Source: Acidobacteria bacterium Ga0077522 (GTDB taxonomy: Bacteria > Acidobacteriota > Vicinamibacteria > Vicinamibacterales > Vicinamibacteraceae). From it: 64,000 nucleotides of DNA. The notes beneath the pieces were generated by a model that searched no databases, had not been told where the DNA came from, and worked only from the letters and a program-made list of their open reading frames with translations. The position numbers and the translations under genes are program-made. The stretch lies in assembly GCA_001464065.1 (NCBI GenBank), contig LNDN01000011.1, positions 2,231 through 66,230 of the forward strand, in the 5' to 3' direction. Below are positions 19,549 to 30,049 of this stretch, piece by piece (the stretch's first letter is position 1; every line of letters starts with the position of its first letter).

Positions 19549-20826
19549 CTACTCGTACCGGAGCGCTTCGATGGGATCGAGCTTGGCGGCCTTGATGGCG
19601 GGCAGCATCCCGAAGAGGATGCCGACAGTCGCCGAGAAGCCGACGCCGATGGCGAACGACCACAGGGGCAGCGCGACGGGGAAGCCGGCAAAGACGTTGA
19701 TGGCGTACCCGATGGCGGCGCCCAGGGCAATCCCCAGCAGTCCGCCCAGCATGGTCAGGAAGACCGCCTCGATGAGGAACTGGATCAGGATCTCGCGCCG
19801 CCGCGCCCCGAGGGCCTTGCGGACGCCGATCTCCCGTGTCCGCTCGGTCACCGAGATGGTCATGATGGCCATGACCCCGATACCGCCCACCATGAGTGCA
19901 ATCGACGAGATGACGAAGAGCGCGAGCACCACGGCCTGCGTGAACTGCCGCAGGAAGCCGACGATGAAGTCGGCCGTCACCGTGTCGAAGTCGTTCTCCT
20001 CCCCGAGCTTGAGGCGATGTCTGGCCCGCATGATCGTCTCGATCTCGGTGAGCAGAGCCTCCACCTTCACGCCGGGCGCCGCGGCGACGACCAGCGTGAG
20101 GGGACGGAACACGATGCCGCGCAGCCGCGGGGTCGGGTAGCGCTTTTCGTACGTCGTCCACGGGATGACGGCAAAGCCATTGGCGTCGCCAAGGGCGGCC
20201 GGCCGCTTGTCCATCACGCCGACCACCGTGTAGTTGTCCCGCCCGACTCGCACGACCTTGCCGATCGGATCGATGCCGCGCGTCAGGAACAGCGCCTCGG
20301 CAGGGGAGTAGCCGAGCACGATGACGTTGCGCTTGGCCTGGACCTCGAAGTCGCCGAAGAAGCGGCCGGCCAGGAACGGGATGAAGTTGAGCTCGCCGAA
20401 GTTGGACGTCGCGCCGATCACCGCAAACGGCTTGGTGGCCTCGCCGGCGAAACTCATGCGCTCGATGGCGGCAAACGGCCCCCCGCCGCCCAACTGCAGC
20501 CCGACGTCCGCCACGAGCGGCGACTCGGCGATTGCCTTGGCATCGTCGTTGGTCAGGTTGGGGCGCTTGATGACTTCGAGGAAGCTGCGGCCGCTCGAGA
20601 AGCTCTGGAAGCCCAGCTTCTGCACGAACACGGTGTTGCTGCCGAAGGCGCGGATCTGGTTCTCGAGCGAATCGCCGAAGCCCTTGATCAGGGCCGTCAT
20701 GGCCACGATCGACATCACGCCGATGACGACGCCGAGGATCGTCAGCGCCGAGCGCAGCTTGTTGGCGCGCAGCGTATCGACCGCGATACGGAGGATTTCC
20801 CAGAGCATGCCGACGCGAAGAGCCAT
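19549..20826 (-). CDS. ABC transporter permease, MacB/FtsX family (copy 2)
   Basis: 425 aa; N-terminal TM (LRANKLRSALTILGVVIGV), large periplasmic domain, C-terminal FtsX 3-TM module ending LDPIEALRYE. Confidence 0.9.
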   Translation of the reverse strand: MALRVGMLWEILRIAVDTLRANKLRSALTILGVVIGVMSIVAMTALIKGFGDSLENQIRAFGSNTVFVQKLGFQSFSSGRSFLEVIKRPNLTNDDAKAIAESPLVADVGLQLGGGGPFAAIERMSFAGEATKPFAVIGATSNFGELNFIPFLAGRFFGDFEVQAKRNVIVLGYSPAEALFLTRGIDPIGKVVRVGRDNYTVVGVMDKRPAALGDANGFAVIPWTTYEKRYPTPRLRGIVFRPLTLVVAAAPGVKVEALLTEIETIMRARHRLKLGEENDFDTVTADFIVGFLRQFTQAVVLALFVISSIALMVGGIGVMAIMTISVTERTREIGVRKALGARRREILIQFLIEAVFLTMLGGLLGIALGAAIGYAINVFAGFPVALPLWSFAIGVGFSATVGILFGMLPAIKAAKLDPIEALRYE

Positions 20827-20830
20827 GTGT

Positions 20831-22057
<1,227 letters not shown>

Positions 22058-22069
22058 GGTGCCTGCGAC

Positions 22070-23422
22070 TTACGACTTCTTCTTGGCGGCGTCGGTCTCC
22101 GACAGTCGCACTTCGTCGCCGTCCTGCAGGTCGCGCACCGAGTTGAAGGGCCCCGTGATGACCTTGTCGCCGACCTTGATGCCCGACAGCACCTCGAAGT
22201 AGCGCTCGCCGGCGATGCCGGTGCGGACGGGAATGAACTCGGCGTTCTTCTCGCGCATCACGAAGACGCCCTCGGTCTCCTTGCGGGTCTGGCCCTCGGG
22301 CAACTCGGCCATCGGCGTCGGCGTCGGGGCCTTCGTCTTGCCGTCCTGCTTGGGCGGCCGGACGATGGCGCCCGCCTTGTCGTAGACGAGGTCGCGCACG
22401 GCCATGGCCTGGATGGGCACGGCGACGGCCTTGCTGCGCGTCGCGGTCTCGATCTCGGCCGAGCACGTGAAGCCGGGGCGAACTTCGTCGATCGTCTGAT
22501 CGAGCTGGATCGTGACCTTGAAGTTGGTCGCGGCCTGGCCGGCGCTCGCGGCCGCGCCCGTCGCGTTCTGGATCGGGCTGTTGCCGATCTCGGTGACCTT
22601 GCCGGTGTACTCCTTGCCCGGCAGCGCGTCGATGGTGACCTTGGCCACCTGGCCGAGCCGGACGGTGGGGATGTCGGTTTCGTCCACCTCGACTTCCGCC
22701 TCGATGATCGACATGTCGGCGATCGTCAGCAGCACCGTGCCGGCGTTGTTCATCGTGCCGATGACCACGGTCTCGCCCTCCTCGATGTTGCGGCGCGAGA
22801 CGATGCCGTCGATGGGCGACTCGATGCGGGCGCGGCTCAGGTTGTACTGCGCCTGATTCAGGGTGGCGCCTTCCTGACGGATGCGCTGCTCCTGCGTCTT
22901 GATGTCGACTTCGCGCTGGCGGAGCTCGGCCTCACGGACGGTGACGGTGTTCTCGGCGCGATCGAGCTCCTGACGCGTGGTCAGCTGCTGCGCCCAGAGC
23001 TCCTGCTGGCGCTTGAGTTCGGCGCGGGCCAGGGCCAGGTTCTCGCGAGCCGTGACGATCGACAGGCGCTGCTGCTCCAGCTGTGACCGCGCGGCCGACT
23101 GCCCGGCTTCACCGGACTGCACGGCAGAGGCCAGGTTGCGGGGGTCGATCTGCATGAGGAACTGGCCGCGCGTGACGCGATCCCCTTCCTCGACCGACAG
23201 CTGCGTGACGCGGCCCATGTTGTCGGCGCTGATGTTCACGGTGCGCTTGGCCTGGATCTTCCCCGAGGCCGCGACGATCGCCGTGAGGTCGCGCGCCTGG
23301 ATGGCCTCGACCGTGACTTCCTTGCCGGTCTTCTTGCGAAACGCGAAGTTCGCGTAGGCAAGGCCGGCGACGATCGCCAGCACCACGGCGGCGCCCAGCC
23401 ACCGCTTGGTCGAACGTTTCAT
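22070..23422 (-). CDS. HlyD/MacA-type periplasmic adaptor (membrane fusion protein)
   Basis: 450 aa from the ATG at 23422, inside the 811-aa track ORF; N-terminal anchor MKRSTKRWLGAAVVLAIVAGL, coiled-coil hairpin, beta-barrel region; ATGA coupling to the upstream gene. Confidence 0.88.
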   Translation of the reverse strand: MKRSTKRWLGAAVVLAIVAGLAYANFAFRKKTGKEVTVEAIQARDLTAIVAASGKIQAKRTVNISADNMGRVTQLSVEEGDRVTRGQFLMQIDPRNLASAVQSGEAGQSAARSQLEQQRLSIVTARENLALARAELKRQQELWAQQLTTRQELDRAENTVTVREAELRQREVDIKTQEQRIRQEGATLNQAQYNLSRARIESPIDGIVSRRNIEEGETVVIGTMNNAGTVLLTIADMSIIEAEVEVDETDIPTVRLGQVAKVTIDALPGKEYTGKVTEIGNSPIQNATGAAASAGQAATNFKVTIQLDQTIDEVRPGFTCSAEIETATRSKAVAVPIQAMAVRDLVYDKAGAIVRPPKQDGKTKAPTPTPMAELPEGQTRKETEGVFVMREKNAEFIPVRTGIAGERYFEVLSGIKVGDKVITGPFNSVRDLQDGDEVRLSETDAAKKKS

Positions 23423-24144
23423 CTTCCCCCCAGGACCGCTTTGATGGCCGCAATGGCCAGACCGATGACGATGTAGACGACGAACAACCCACCCGCGATC
23501 GGCGTCCACTTGCGGCGATAGACCGCCGCCAGCCCGATGGCGAGCACGACCAGATACCAGACGATGAACAGATCGATGAAGCCCAGCAGCGACGCGAGGA
23601 ACGAACCCTCGGCGAGATCCGGGAAGAACACGGCCAGGTTCGTCGCGCTGCTCATCGACTGCCGCATGTAGTTCATGGGCAGCGCGAAGACCTGCTGCAG
23701 CACGGTGATGACGCCCGCGTGGGCCACCACGGCGACGACCTGTTTGAACGTCGCCTCGCCGCCGAGCACCGTGAACACCCCGAAGAAGATGCCCGCGAAG
23801 ATCGCGGTGAACACCGGCCCGATGAACAGCATCGACAGGCCCTGCACCACGGGCGCGTAGGCGGCCTGCTGCTGCATGCCGGCGTACATCTCGGGCGTCA
23901 CCGTCCGCCCGAACGACTCGATGGTCGCCACGCCCTGGTCGACGTAAGCGGTCTGCCCGATCTCGGTCGAGAAGAACAGGGCGAAGCCGCCGGCGACCAG
24001 CATCGTCGTGAAGATGAGCACGTCGACCCAGCGGGGGGTCGCGGCAACCCGCGCCATGGTCTCGCCTGGAGAGACCACCACGCCGACGATGCGCTGGACG
24101 AACGAGAGCGGCGGGGCCGCGGGAGACGACGAATCCTGAGACAT
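23419..24144 (-). CDS. Polytopic membrane protein, Yip1-domain-like
   Basis: 241 aa from the ATG at 24144; five hydrophobic helices. The family call comes from overall architecture only. Confidence 0.65.
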   Translation of the reverse strand: MSQDSSSPAAPPLSFVQRIVGVVVSPGETMARVAATPRWVDVLIFTTMLVAGGFALFFSTEIGQTAYVDQGVATIESFGRTVTPEMYAGMQQQAAYAPVVQGLSMLFIGPVFTAIFAGIFFGVFTVLGGEATFKQVVAVVAHAGVITVLQQVFALPMNYMRQSMSSATNLAVFFPDLAEGSFLASLLGFIDLFIVWYLVVLAIGLAAVYRRKWTPIAGGLFVVYIVIGLAIAAIKAVLGGR

Positions 24145-24277
24145 GAAGAGAGACCGATGTGACCAACGGGATGCACCCGGCGAGGCGGCGCCTCGTCCAA
24201 GTGCTCCGGTCGTCACGCGTATAGTACGCAACCCATGTGGCGGATGTTCGGAAGCGGACACCCGCACAGGGGGCGGG

Positions 24278-24327
24278 CCGGCTCTCCGAGCGGGCTGGGA
24301 AGGGGAGGTCCCGCTCTCCGAGCGGGC
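24278..24327. promoter_or_regulatory. Two copies of an 18-bp palindrome (CCSGCTC-TCC-GAGCGGGC) in a divergent promoter region; candidate operator
   Basis: ccggctctccgagcgggc at 24278-24295 and cccgctctccgagcgggc at 24310-24327, starting 32 bp apart. Confidence 0.35.
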
Positions 24328-24356
24328 CGTCACCGGCCAGAAGGTACACTGACCCG

Positions 24357-25376
24357 ATGACTGTGGCCCGAGTGTTCCTGTCGGGGTGTGCTCTGCTCCT
24401 GTTGCTGCCACGGCCGGCTCTGGCGCAGGGCATGGAGGTGGTGGGCATCCGGGCCCTCGGCATGGGCGGCGCCTTCGTGGCGGTGGCCGACGACGCCACG
24501 GCCACCTACTGGAATCCGGCCGGGTTGGTAACGGGGTCGCTGTTCTCGGCGGTCGCCGAACTGGGCCGGGGCGATCGCGAGATCACGCGCGCCGAGGCGG
24601 GCGGTCCCGGCACCTTGCTGGCGTCGGGAGCCGGCACGGGCACGCTCGTGGCCGTCGGCACCTGGCCCGTGGGGGCGACGTTCTATCGGCTCTCCTCCGC
24701 GTCTGCCCTTGTGGACACGCCAACGGCGGACGGGCGACCCGTGCGCCCGGGAGCGTTCCTCGACCGCCTCACCACCACCCATGTCGGCGTCAACCTGCTG
24801 CAGACCATCGTCTCGGGCCTGCATGTCGGGACGACGGTCAAGTACGTGTACGGCAGTGCGGCCTTCGACGCCGTGCAGCCGGTGCCGGGTGACCCACTGG
24901 GCGCGGCCGGCGACCTCCCGACGCGCGGCAGCCACCGGTTCGACATGGACGCCGGCGTCATCGCGGACTTCGAGACCGTCAAGCTCGGGTTGACCGTCCG
25001 CAACCTGTTCGAGCCCGAGTTCGACACCCCCGTCGAGGGCGCGCGCATGCAATTGACCCGCCTGGCGCGCGCAGGCGTGGCGATTCGCCCCGCCAATGGG
25101 CTCATCGTCTCCCTGGATGCGGATCTGACCCGGACCCCGGACGTCACGGGCGAGTGGCGGTCGCTGGCCGCGGGGGCGGAGCAGCGGTTCTGGCAGGATC
25201 GGGCGGCGGTCCGCGGCGGCTTCCGGATGAGCACGACGGGGGAGACCCGTCCGACGGTGACGACGGGCGGCAGCCTCAGCCTGCGCAGTGGAATCTTCGC
25301 CGATGGCTACGTGGCGCTCGGGCTCGGTGCCGCGTCCTCGGACAGCCTCGGTGTCGGGCTCCGGATCGTCTTCTAA
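24357..25376 (+). CDS. Outer-membrane beta-barrel protein (TraF_2/UPF0164-like)
   Basis: 339 aa from the ATG at 24357; signal peptide ...LLLLPRPALAQG; GIRALGMGGAFVAVADDATATYWNPAGL motif; alternating beta pattern; C-terminal Phe. Confidence 0.75.
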   Translation: MTVARVFLSGCALLLLLPRPALAQGMEVVGIRALGMGGAFVAVADDATATYWNPAGLVTGSLFSAVAELGRGDREITRAEAGGPGTLLASGAGTGTLVAVGTWPVGATFYRLSSASALVDTPTADGRPVRPGAFLDRLTTTHVGVNLLQTIVSGLHVGTTVKYVYGSAAFDAVQPVPGDPLGAAGDLPTRGSHRFDMDAGVIADFETVKLGLTVRNLFEPEFDTPVEGARMQLTRLARAGVAIRPANGLIVSLDADLTRTPDVTGEWRSLAAGAEQRFWQDRAAVRGGFRMSTTGETRPTVTTGGSLSLRSGIFADGYVALGLGAASSDSLGVGLRIVF

Positions 25377-25502
25377 GTTTCTGCGCGTCGCCTGCCGATT
25401 GACATAGCGGAGAATGCACTCCTCCGACCGGGACAGCCAGGTTCCGGCGTGCCTGCGGCATCCCACCGCTCGGCATTCGGCGTGCATGCTCGTCAGGGGA
25501 AC

Positions 25503-27251
25503 ATGGCGGTCAGAATCGGTGAACTCCTCCTGAAGGAGAAGAAAATCACGCCGACGCAGCTGCAGGAGGCTCTGGGCTACCAGAAGGCCAACGGCGGCAA
25601 GCTGGCGATGAATCTCGTCAAGCTGGGCTTCGTGCGCGATGAGGAAATCACCGCGCTGCTGAGCCGGCAGTACGGGGTCCCGTCCATCGATCTCGGCAAG
25701 TTCGAGATCGATCCGGCGGTCGTGAAGCTGATTCCGGCCGAGACCGCCCAGAAGTACCAGGTGGTGCCGCTCAGCCGCGCCGGCGCGACGCTGACGCTGG
25801 CGATGACCGATCCCACCAACGTGTTCGCCATGGACGACATCAAGTTCATGACGGGCTACAACGTGGAGCCGGTGGTGGCCTCCGAGCAGGCGGTCGGCGA
25901 CGCCCTGCTGAAGTACTACACGACGCCGACGCGCGTGACCGCGCTGCCCAATACCCTCGAACTGGCCAATCGGGCCCTCGAGGATGCCCAGCAGGCGTCG
26001 GACCTGGCGGGCGAGGCGGTCGAGGTCCTCGACGACCTCGAAGAGATCGACGTCAACGCCCTCGAGAAGCAGACGGGCGAGGCGCCGGTGATTCGCATGG
26101 TGAACATGGTGCTCACGTCGAGCATCCAGAAGGGCGCCAGCGACATCCACATCGAGCCGTACGAGCGCGAGTTCCGCATCCGGTTCCGCGTCGACGGCAT
26201 CCTCTATCCCGTCATGCAGCCGCCCATGAAGTTCAGGGACGCGATCATCTCGCGCCTGAAGATCATGGCCAAGCTGGACATCGCCGAGAAGCGGCTGCCG
26301 CAGGACGGCCGCATCAAGATCCGCATCAACGACCAGGGGCACAGCAAGGAGATCGACTTCCGCGTGTCCTGCCTGCCGACGCTGTTCGGCGAGAAGGTGG
26401 TGCTCCGCCTCCTCGACAAGGACAAGTTGATGCTCGACATGACCAAGCTGGGCTTCGAAGCGAGCTCGCTGGCCAAGTTCAAGACCCAGATCGAGAAGCC
26501 GTGGGGCATGGTGCTGGTCACCGGCCCGACCGGCAGCGGCAAGACCAACACGCTCTATTCGGCCATCTCGCAGCTGAATACGCCGGAAACCAACATCATG
26601 ACCGCGGAGGACCCGGTCGAGTTCAACCTCGCCGGCGTCAACCAGGTCAACGTGCGCGACAACATCGGCCTGACCTTCGCGGCGGCCCTGCGGTCCTTCC
26701 TGCGGCAGGACCCCAACATCATCCTGGTGGGCGAGATTCGTGACTTCGAGACGGCCGAGATCGCCGTCAAGGCCGCGCTGACCGGGCACATGGTCCTCTC
26801 GACGCTGCACACCAACGACGCGCCGAGCACGGTCAGCCGGTTGATGAACATGGGCATCGAGCCCTTCCTGGTCGCGAGCTCGGTCAACCTGATCTGCGCC
26901 CAGCGTCTGGTCCGCCGCATCTGCACCAAGTGCAAGGTGCCGCATCCGCTCCCGCCGCAGGCGCTCATCGACATCGGCTTCACGCCCGAGGACGCCGCCA
27001 CCGTCGTGCCGATGCGCGGCACCGGGTGTGACGGCTGCAACCACACCGGCTACAAGGGCCGTGTCGGTCTCTATGAAGTGCTCGAAGTGACCGACGACCT
27101 CCGCGAGCTGGTGCTGACCGGGGCCTCCGCGCTCGACCTGCGCCGCAAGGCCATCGAGGAGGGCATGATCACCCTCCGCCAGAGCGGCCTCCTCAAGGTG
27201 AAGGAAGGCGTCACCACCACCGAGGAAGTCACCCGCGAGACGGTCAAGTAG
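25503..27251 (+). CDS. pilB: Type IV pilus assembly ATPase PilB
   Basis: 582 aa from the ATG at 25503; MshEN/GSPII N-domain (RIGELLLKEKKITPTQLQEAL), Walker A GPTGSGKT, tetracysteine CTKC...CDGC. Confidence 0.93.
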   Translation: MAVRIGELLLKEKKITPTQLQEALGYQKANGGKLAMNLVKLGFVRDEEITALLSRQYGVPSIDLGKFEIDPAVVKLIPAETAQKYQVVPLSRAGATLTLAMTDPTNVFAMDDIKFMTGYNVEPVVASEQAVGDALLKYYTTPTRVTALPNTLELANRALEDAQQASDLAGEAVEVLDDLEEIDVNALEKQTGEAPVIRMVNMVLTSSIQKGASDIHIEPYEREFRIRFRVDGILYPVMQPPMKFRDAIISRLKIMAKLDIAEKRLPQDGRIKIRINDQGHSKEIDFRVSCLPTLFGEKVVLRLLDKDKLMLDMTKLGFEASSLAKFKTQIEKPWGMVLVTGPTGSGKTNTLYSAISQLNTPETNIMTAEDPVEFNLAGVNQVNVRDNIGLTFAAALRSFLRQDPNIILVGEIRDFETAEIAVKAALTGHMVLSTLHTNDAPSTVSRLMNMGIEPFLVASSVNLICAQRLVRRICTKCKVPHPLPPQALIDIGFTPEDAATVVPMRGTGCDGCNHTGYKGRVGLYEVLEVTDDLRELVLTGASALDLRRKAIEEGMITLRQSGLLKVKEGVTTTEEVTRETVK

Positions 27252-27253
27252 CC

Positions 27254-27282
27254 GTCGGACGTCGGGGCGTCGGGAGTCGGAC
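27254..27282. repeat. Tandem heptamer array (GTCGGRN) x4
   Basis: gtcggac gtcggggc gtcggga gtcggac, 3 nt after the pilB stop. Confidence 0.8.
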
Positions 27283-27613
27283 ACGGTTGCAGAACTGTCG
27301 ATCCTCCGTCAGCCCCGGCACGCAATTCCCGCACTCCTCGCGCCACGGCGCGCCCGTCCGGTTGTGTCGCCGGTCTCGTAAGTCCAATCTGGACAACATT
27401 TTGTGAGGATCGTTCGGTGTCGGGCCCGGGGCCGCCGATGCTGGCGTCGAGGTTGCACTTCCCGGCGGCAGACGTTCACGCCCTCCTCCCGGCCTGCCGA
27501 TTAGCAGGCCGGCGCGTGAGCGCTGTGAGCGGTCCACGGCCGGATGTGCCGGGACCGCACATTCCTGTCTGCGGCGCGTCCGCAGGCGCGTCCGCTGACG
27601 GCACTGGAACACC

Positions 27614-28738
27614 ATGGCCTCACTGCCCGAACTGCTGAAGACGACGGTGGAGCTGGATGGCTCCGATCTGCACCTGACGACGAGCGCCCCGCCGACCGTG
27701 CGGGTGCACGGCAAGCTGGTGCCGCTCAAGCTGCCGCCGCTGACGGCCCCCGAGACCAAGCAGCTGGCCTACAGCGTCTGCACCGACGCGCAGAAGAAGC
27801 GGTTCGAGGAGAGCCAGGAACTCGACTTCTCGTTCGGCATCCGCGGGGTCGGCCGCTTCCGCTGCAACATCTTCAACCAGCGTGGCGCAGTGGCGTCGGT
27901 CTACCGTCTGATTCCCGAGAAGGTGCGCAGCTTCCAGGAACTGAGCCTGCCGCCGATCCTCGCCAAGCTCTCGGAGCGCCCGCGCGGCCTGGTGCTGGTC
28001 ACCGGCCCCACCGGCAGTGGCAAGTCGACGACGCTGGCGGCGATGATCGACAAGATCAACACCGAGCGGAACGAGCACATCCTCACGATCGAGGATCCGA
28101 TCGAGTACATCCACCAGCACAAGGGCTGTCTGGTGAACCAGCGCGAAGTGCACAGCGACACGCAGGGCTTCGGTCTGGCGTTGCGCGCCGCCCTGCGCGA
28201 GGATCCGGACGTCGTCCTGATCGGCGAGATGCGCGACCTCGAGACCATCGAGTCGGCCCTGCGCATCGCCGAGACGGGGCACCTCACGTTCGCGACCCTG
28301 CACACCAACTCCGCCGCGCAGACCATCAACCGCATCATCGATGTCTTCCCGGCGCACCAGCAGTCGCAGATCCGCACGCAGTTGAGCCTCGTGCTCGAGG
28401 GCATCGTCTGTCAGACGCTGCTGCGCAAGGCCAACGGGCCGGGCCGCATCGTCTCGCTGGAAGTCCTCGTGCCGACCCCGGCGATCAGGAACCTGATTCG
28501 CGACGACAAGGTGCATCAGATCTACTCGATGATGCAGGCCGGCCAGGAGAAGTTCGGCATGCAGACGATGAACCAGAGTCTGGCGTCGCTGTACATGTCG
28601 CGGCAGATCTCGCTCGAGACCGCGATGCTGGCGTCCTCGATGAAGGAAGAACTGCAGGAGATGATCGCGCGCGGCAGCGGCATCGTGCCCGGTGCCGGGC
28701 TGAATCGCGCCTCGGCCGGTGTGCCGGTGCGGCGATAG
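27614..28738 (+). CDS. pilT: Twitching motility (pilus retraction) ATPase PilT
   Basis: 374 aa; DGSDLHLT, Walker A GPTGSGKSTT, AHLxTGH-like IAETGHLTFATLHTNSA. Confidence 0.93.
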   Translation: MASLPELLKTTVELDGSDLHLTTSAPPTVRVHGKLVPLKLPPLTAPETKQLAYSVCTDAQKKRFEESQELDFSFGIRGVGRFRCNIFNQRGAVASVYRLIPEKVRSFQELSLPPILAKLSERPRGLVLVTGPTGSGKSTTLAAMIDKINTERNEHILTIEDPIEYIHQHKGCLVNQREVHSDTQGFGLALRAALREDPDVVLIGEMRDLETIESALRIAETGHLTFATLHTNSAAQTINRIIDVFPAHQQSQIRTQLSLVLEGIVCQTLLRKANGPGRIVSLEVLVPTPAIRNLIRDDKVHQIYSMMQAGQEKFGMQTMNQSLASLYMSRQISLETAMLASSMKEELQEMIARGSGIVPGAGLNRASAGVPVRR

Positions 28739-28773
28739 GTCTCAGGGCTCAAGTCTCAAGTCTCGGGGTTCAG
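28739..28773. repeat. Tandem heptamer array (GTCTCAR) x5
   Basis: gtctcag ggctcaa gtctcaa gtctcgg ggttcag, starting 1 nt after the pilT stop. Confidence 0.85.
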
Positions 28774-28791
28774 GACGATCGGTGTGTTGAC

Positions 28792-28822
28792 GAAGGCCCA
28801 CGGCCCAAGGCCCACGGCCCAC
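28792..28822. repeat. Tandem heptamer array (CAMGGCC) x4
   Basis: gaaggcc cacggcc caaggcc cacggcc cac, immediately upstream of pilC. Confidence 0.85.
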
Positions 28823-28838
28823 TGTGAAGGATGACGTG

Positions 28839-30047
28839 ATGCAGGCTTTTGCATTTTCCGGACGGACCCGCGCGGGTGAGACCGTCAGCGGCGAGCGGCA
28901 GGCCGATTCGCTCGAGGCGGCAGTCGCCTCGCTGCGCCGCGAGCAGATCCTGATCACGCGCATCGACCCGGTCAAGGCCAAGGCCGCCAAGGCCGCGGCC
29001 AAGCCCGGGGGCAAGGTGCCGGCCAAGAGCCTGGCCATCTTCACGCGTCAGTTCAGCGTGATGATCGATGCCGGCCTGCCGCTGGTGCAGTGCCTCGACA
29101 TCCTCGGGCGGCAGGAGCCGAACCCGAAGTTCGCCGCCACCATCCTCAAGACCCGCGAGGACGTCGAGAGCGGCATGTCGCTGGCCGACGCGATGCGCAA
29201 GCATCCGCGCACGTTCGACGCCCTGTTCACCAACATGATCCAGGCGGGCGAGGCCGGCGGCATCCTCGACACGATTCTGAAGCGGCTGGCGACCTACATC
29301 GAGAAGAACGTCAAGCTGATCTCGCAGGTCAAGTCGGCGATGATCTACCCGGTCGCGGTCATCGTCATCGCCGCACTCGTGGTGTCGGTGATCCTGTGGA
29401 AGGTCATCCCGACCTTCGCGCAGATGTTCGCCGGTCTCGGCGCCAAGCTGCCGCTGCCGACCCGCATCGTCATCGCGATGAGCAACGGGCTGGTCACCTA
29501 CGGTCCGATCATCATCATGGCCATCGCCGCGGTCATCTTCGCGGTGCGCACGTACTACAAGACCAACCAGGGACGGCATGTCATCGACGGGCTGCTGCTG
29601 CGGGCGCCCATCCTCGGCCTGATCCTCCGCAAGGTGGCCGTGGCGCGCTTCTGTCGCACGCTGTCGACGCTGATCAGCTCCGGCGTGCCGCTGCTCGATG
29701 GCCTCGAGATCACGGCCAAGACCGCCGGCAACGCCATCATCGAGGACGCCATCATGGAGACCCGCTCGAGCATCGAGCGCGGCGAGACGGTGTCCAAGCC
29801 CCTGCAGGACACCAAGGTGTTCCCGCCGATGGTCACGCAGATGATCGGCGTCGGTGAGGCGACCGGTGCACTCGACATGATGCTGGCCAAGATCGCCGAC
29901 TTCTACGAAGACGAGGTCGACACCGCCGTGGCCGGCCTGCTGACGCTGCTCGAGCCGATCATGATCTCGTTCCTCGGCGTCATCGTCGGTGGCATCGTCA
30001 TCTCGATGTACCTGCCGATCTTCGACCTCATCTCGCAGCTGACCTAG
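28839..30047 (+). CDS. pilC: Type IV pilus platform protein PilC
   Basis: GspF-family duplicated domain. ATG at 28839 is preferred (AAGGA 7 nt upstream); GTG at 28824 is possible. Polytopic protein ending ISMYLPIFDLISQLT. Confidence 0.92.
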   Translation: MQAFAFSGRTRAGETVSGERQADSLEAAVASLRREQILITRIDPVKAKAAKAAAKPGGKVPAKSLAIFTRQFSVMIDAGLPLVQCLDILGRQEPNPKFAATILKTREDVESGMSLADAMRKHPRTFDALFTNMIQAGEAGGILDTILKRLATYIEKNVKLISQVKSAMIYPVAVIVIAALVVSVILWKVIPTFAQMFAGLGAKLPLPTRIVIAMSNGLVTYGPIIIMAIAAVIFAVRTYYKTNQGRHVIDGLLLRAPILGLILRKVAVARFCRTLSTLISSGVPLLDGLEITAKTAGNAIIEDAIMETRSSIERGETVSKPLQDTKVFPPMVTQMIGVGEATGALDMMLAKIADFYEDEVDTAVAGLLTLLEPIMISFLGVIVGGIVISMYLPIFDLISQLT

Positions 30048-30049
30048 CG

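Larger units (their letters stand above)
18259..20830. repeat. Tandem duplication of a roughly 1.29-kb permease gene unit (18259-19548 and 19549-20830)
   Basis: The C-terminal FtsX modules of the two copies are nearly identical at protein level. The periplasmic domains are only about half identical by eye. Confidence 0.85.

Noticed and set aside
22070-24505. 811-aa - strand ORF suggesting a very large adaptor protein
   Set aside because: The region upstream of the ATG at 23422 is out-of-frame read-through over the Yip1-like gene. The adaptor's membrane anchor and the ATGA coupling define the real start.
25399-25404. TTGACA hexamer upstream of pilB as a -35 element
   Set aside because: No acceptable -10 hexamer lies 16-18 nt downstream, so a single hexamer is not enough to call a promoter.
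27417-27638. 73-aa + strand ORF in the pilB-pilT spacer as a possible small protein
   Set aside because: The sequence is Pro/Ala/Gly-rich and featureless, has no SD, runs into the pilT start in another frame, and is covered by repeats and hairpins.
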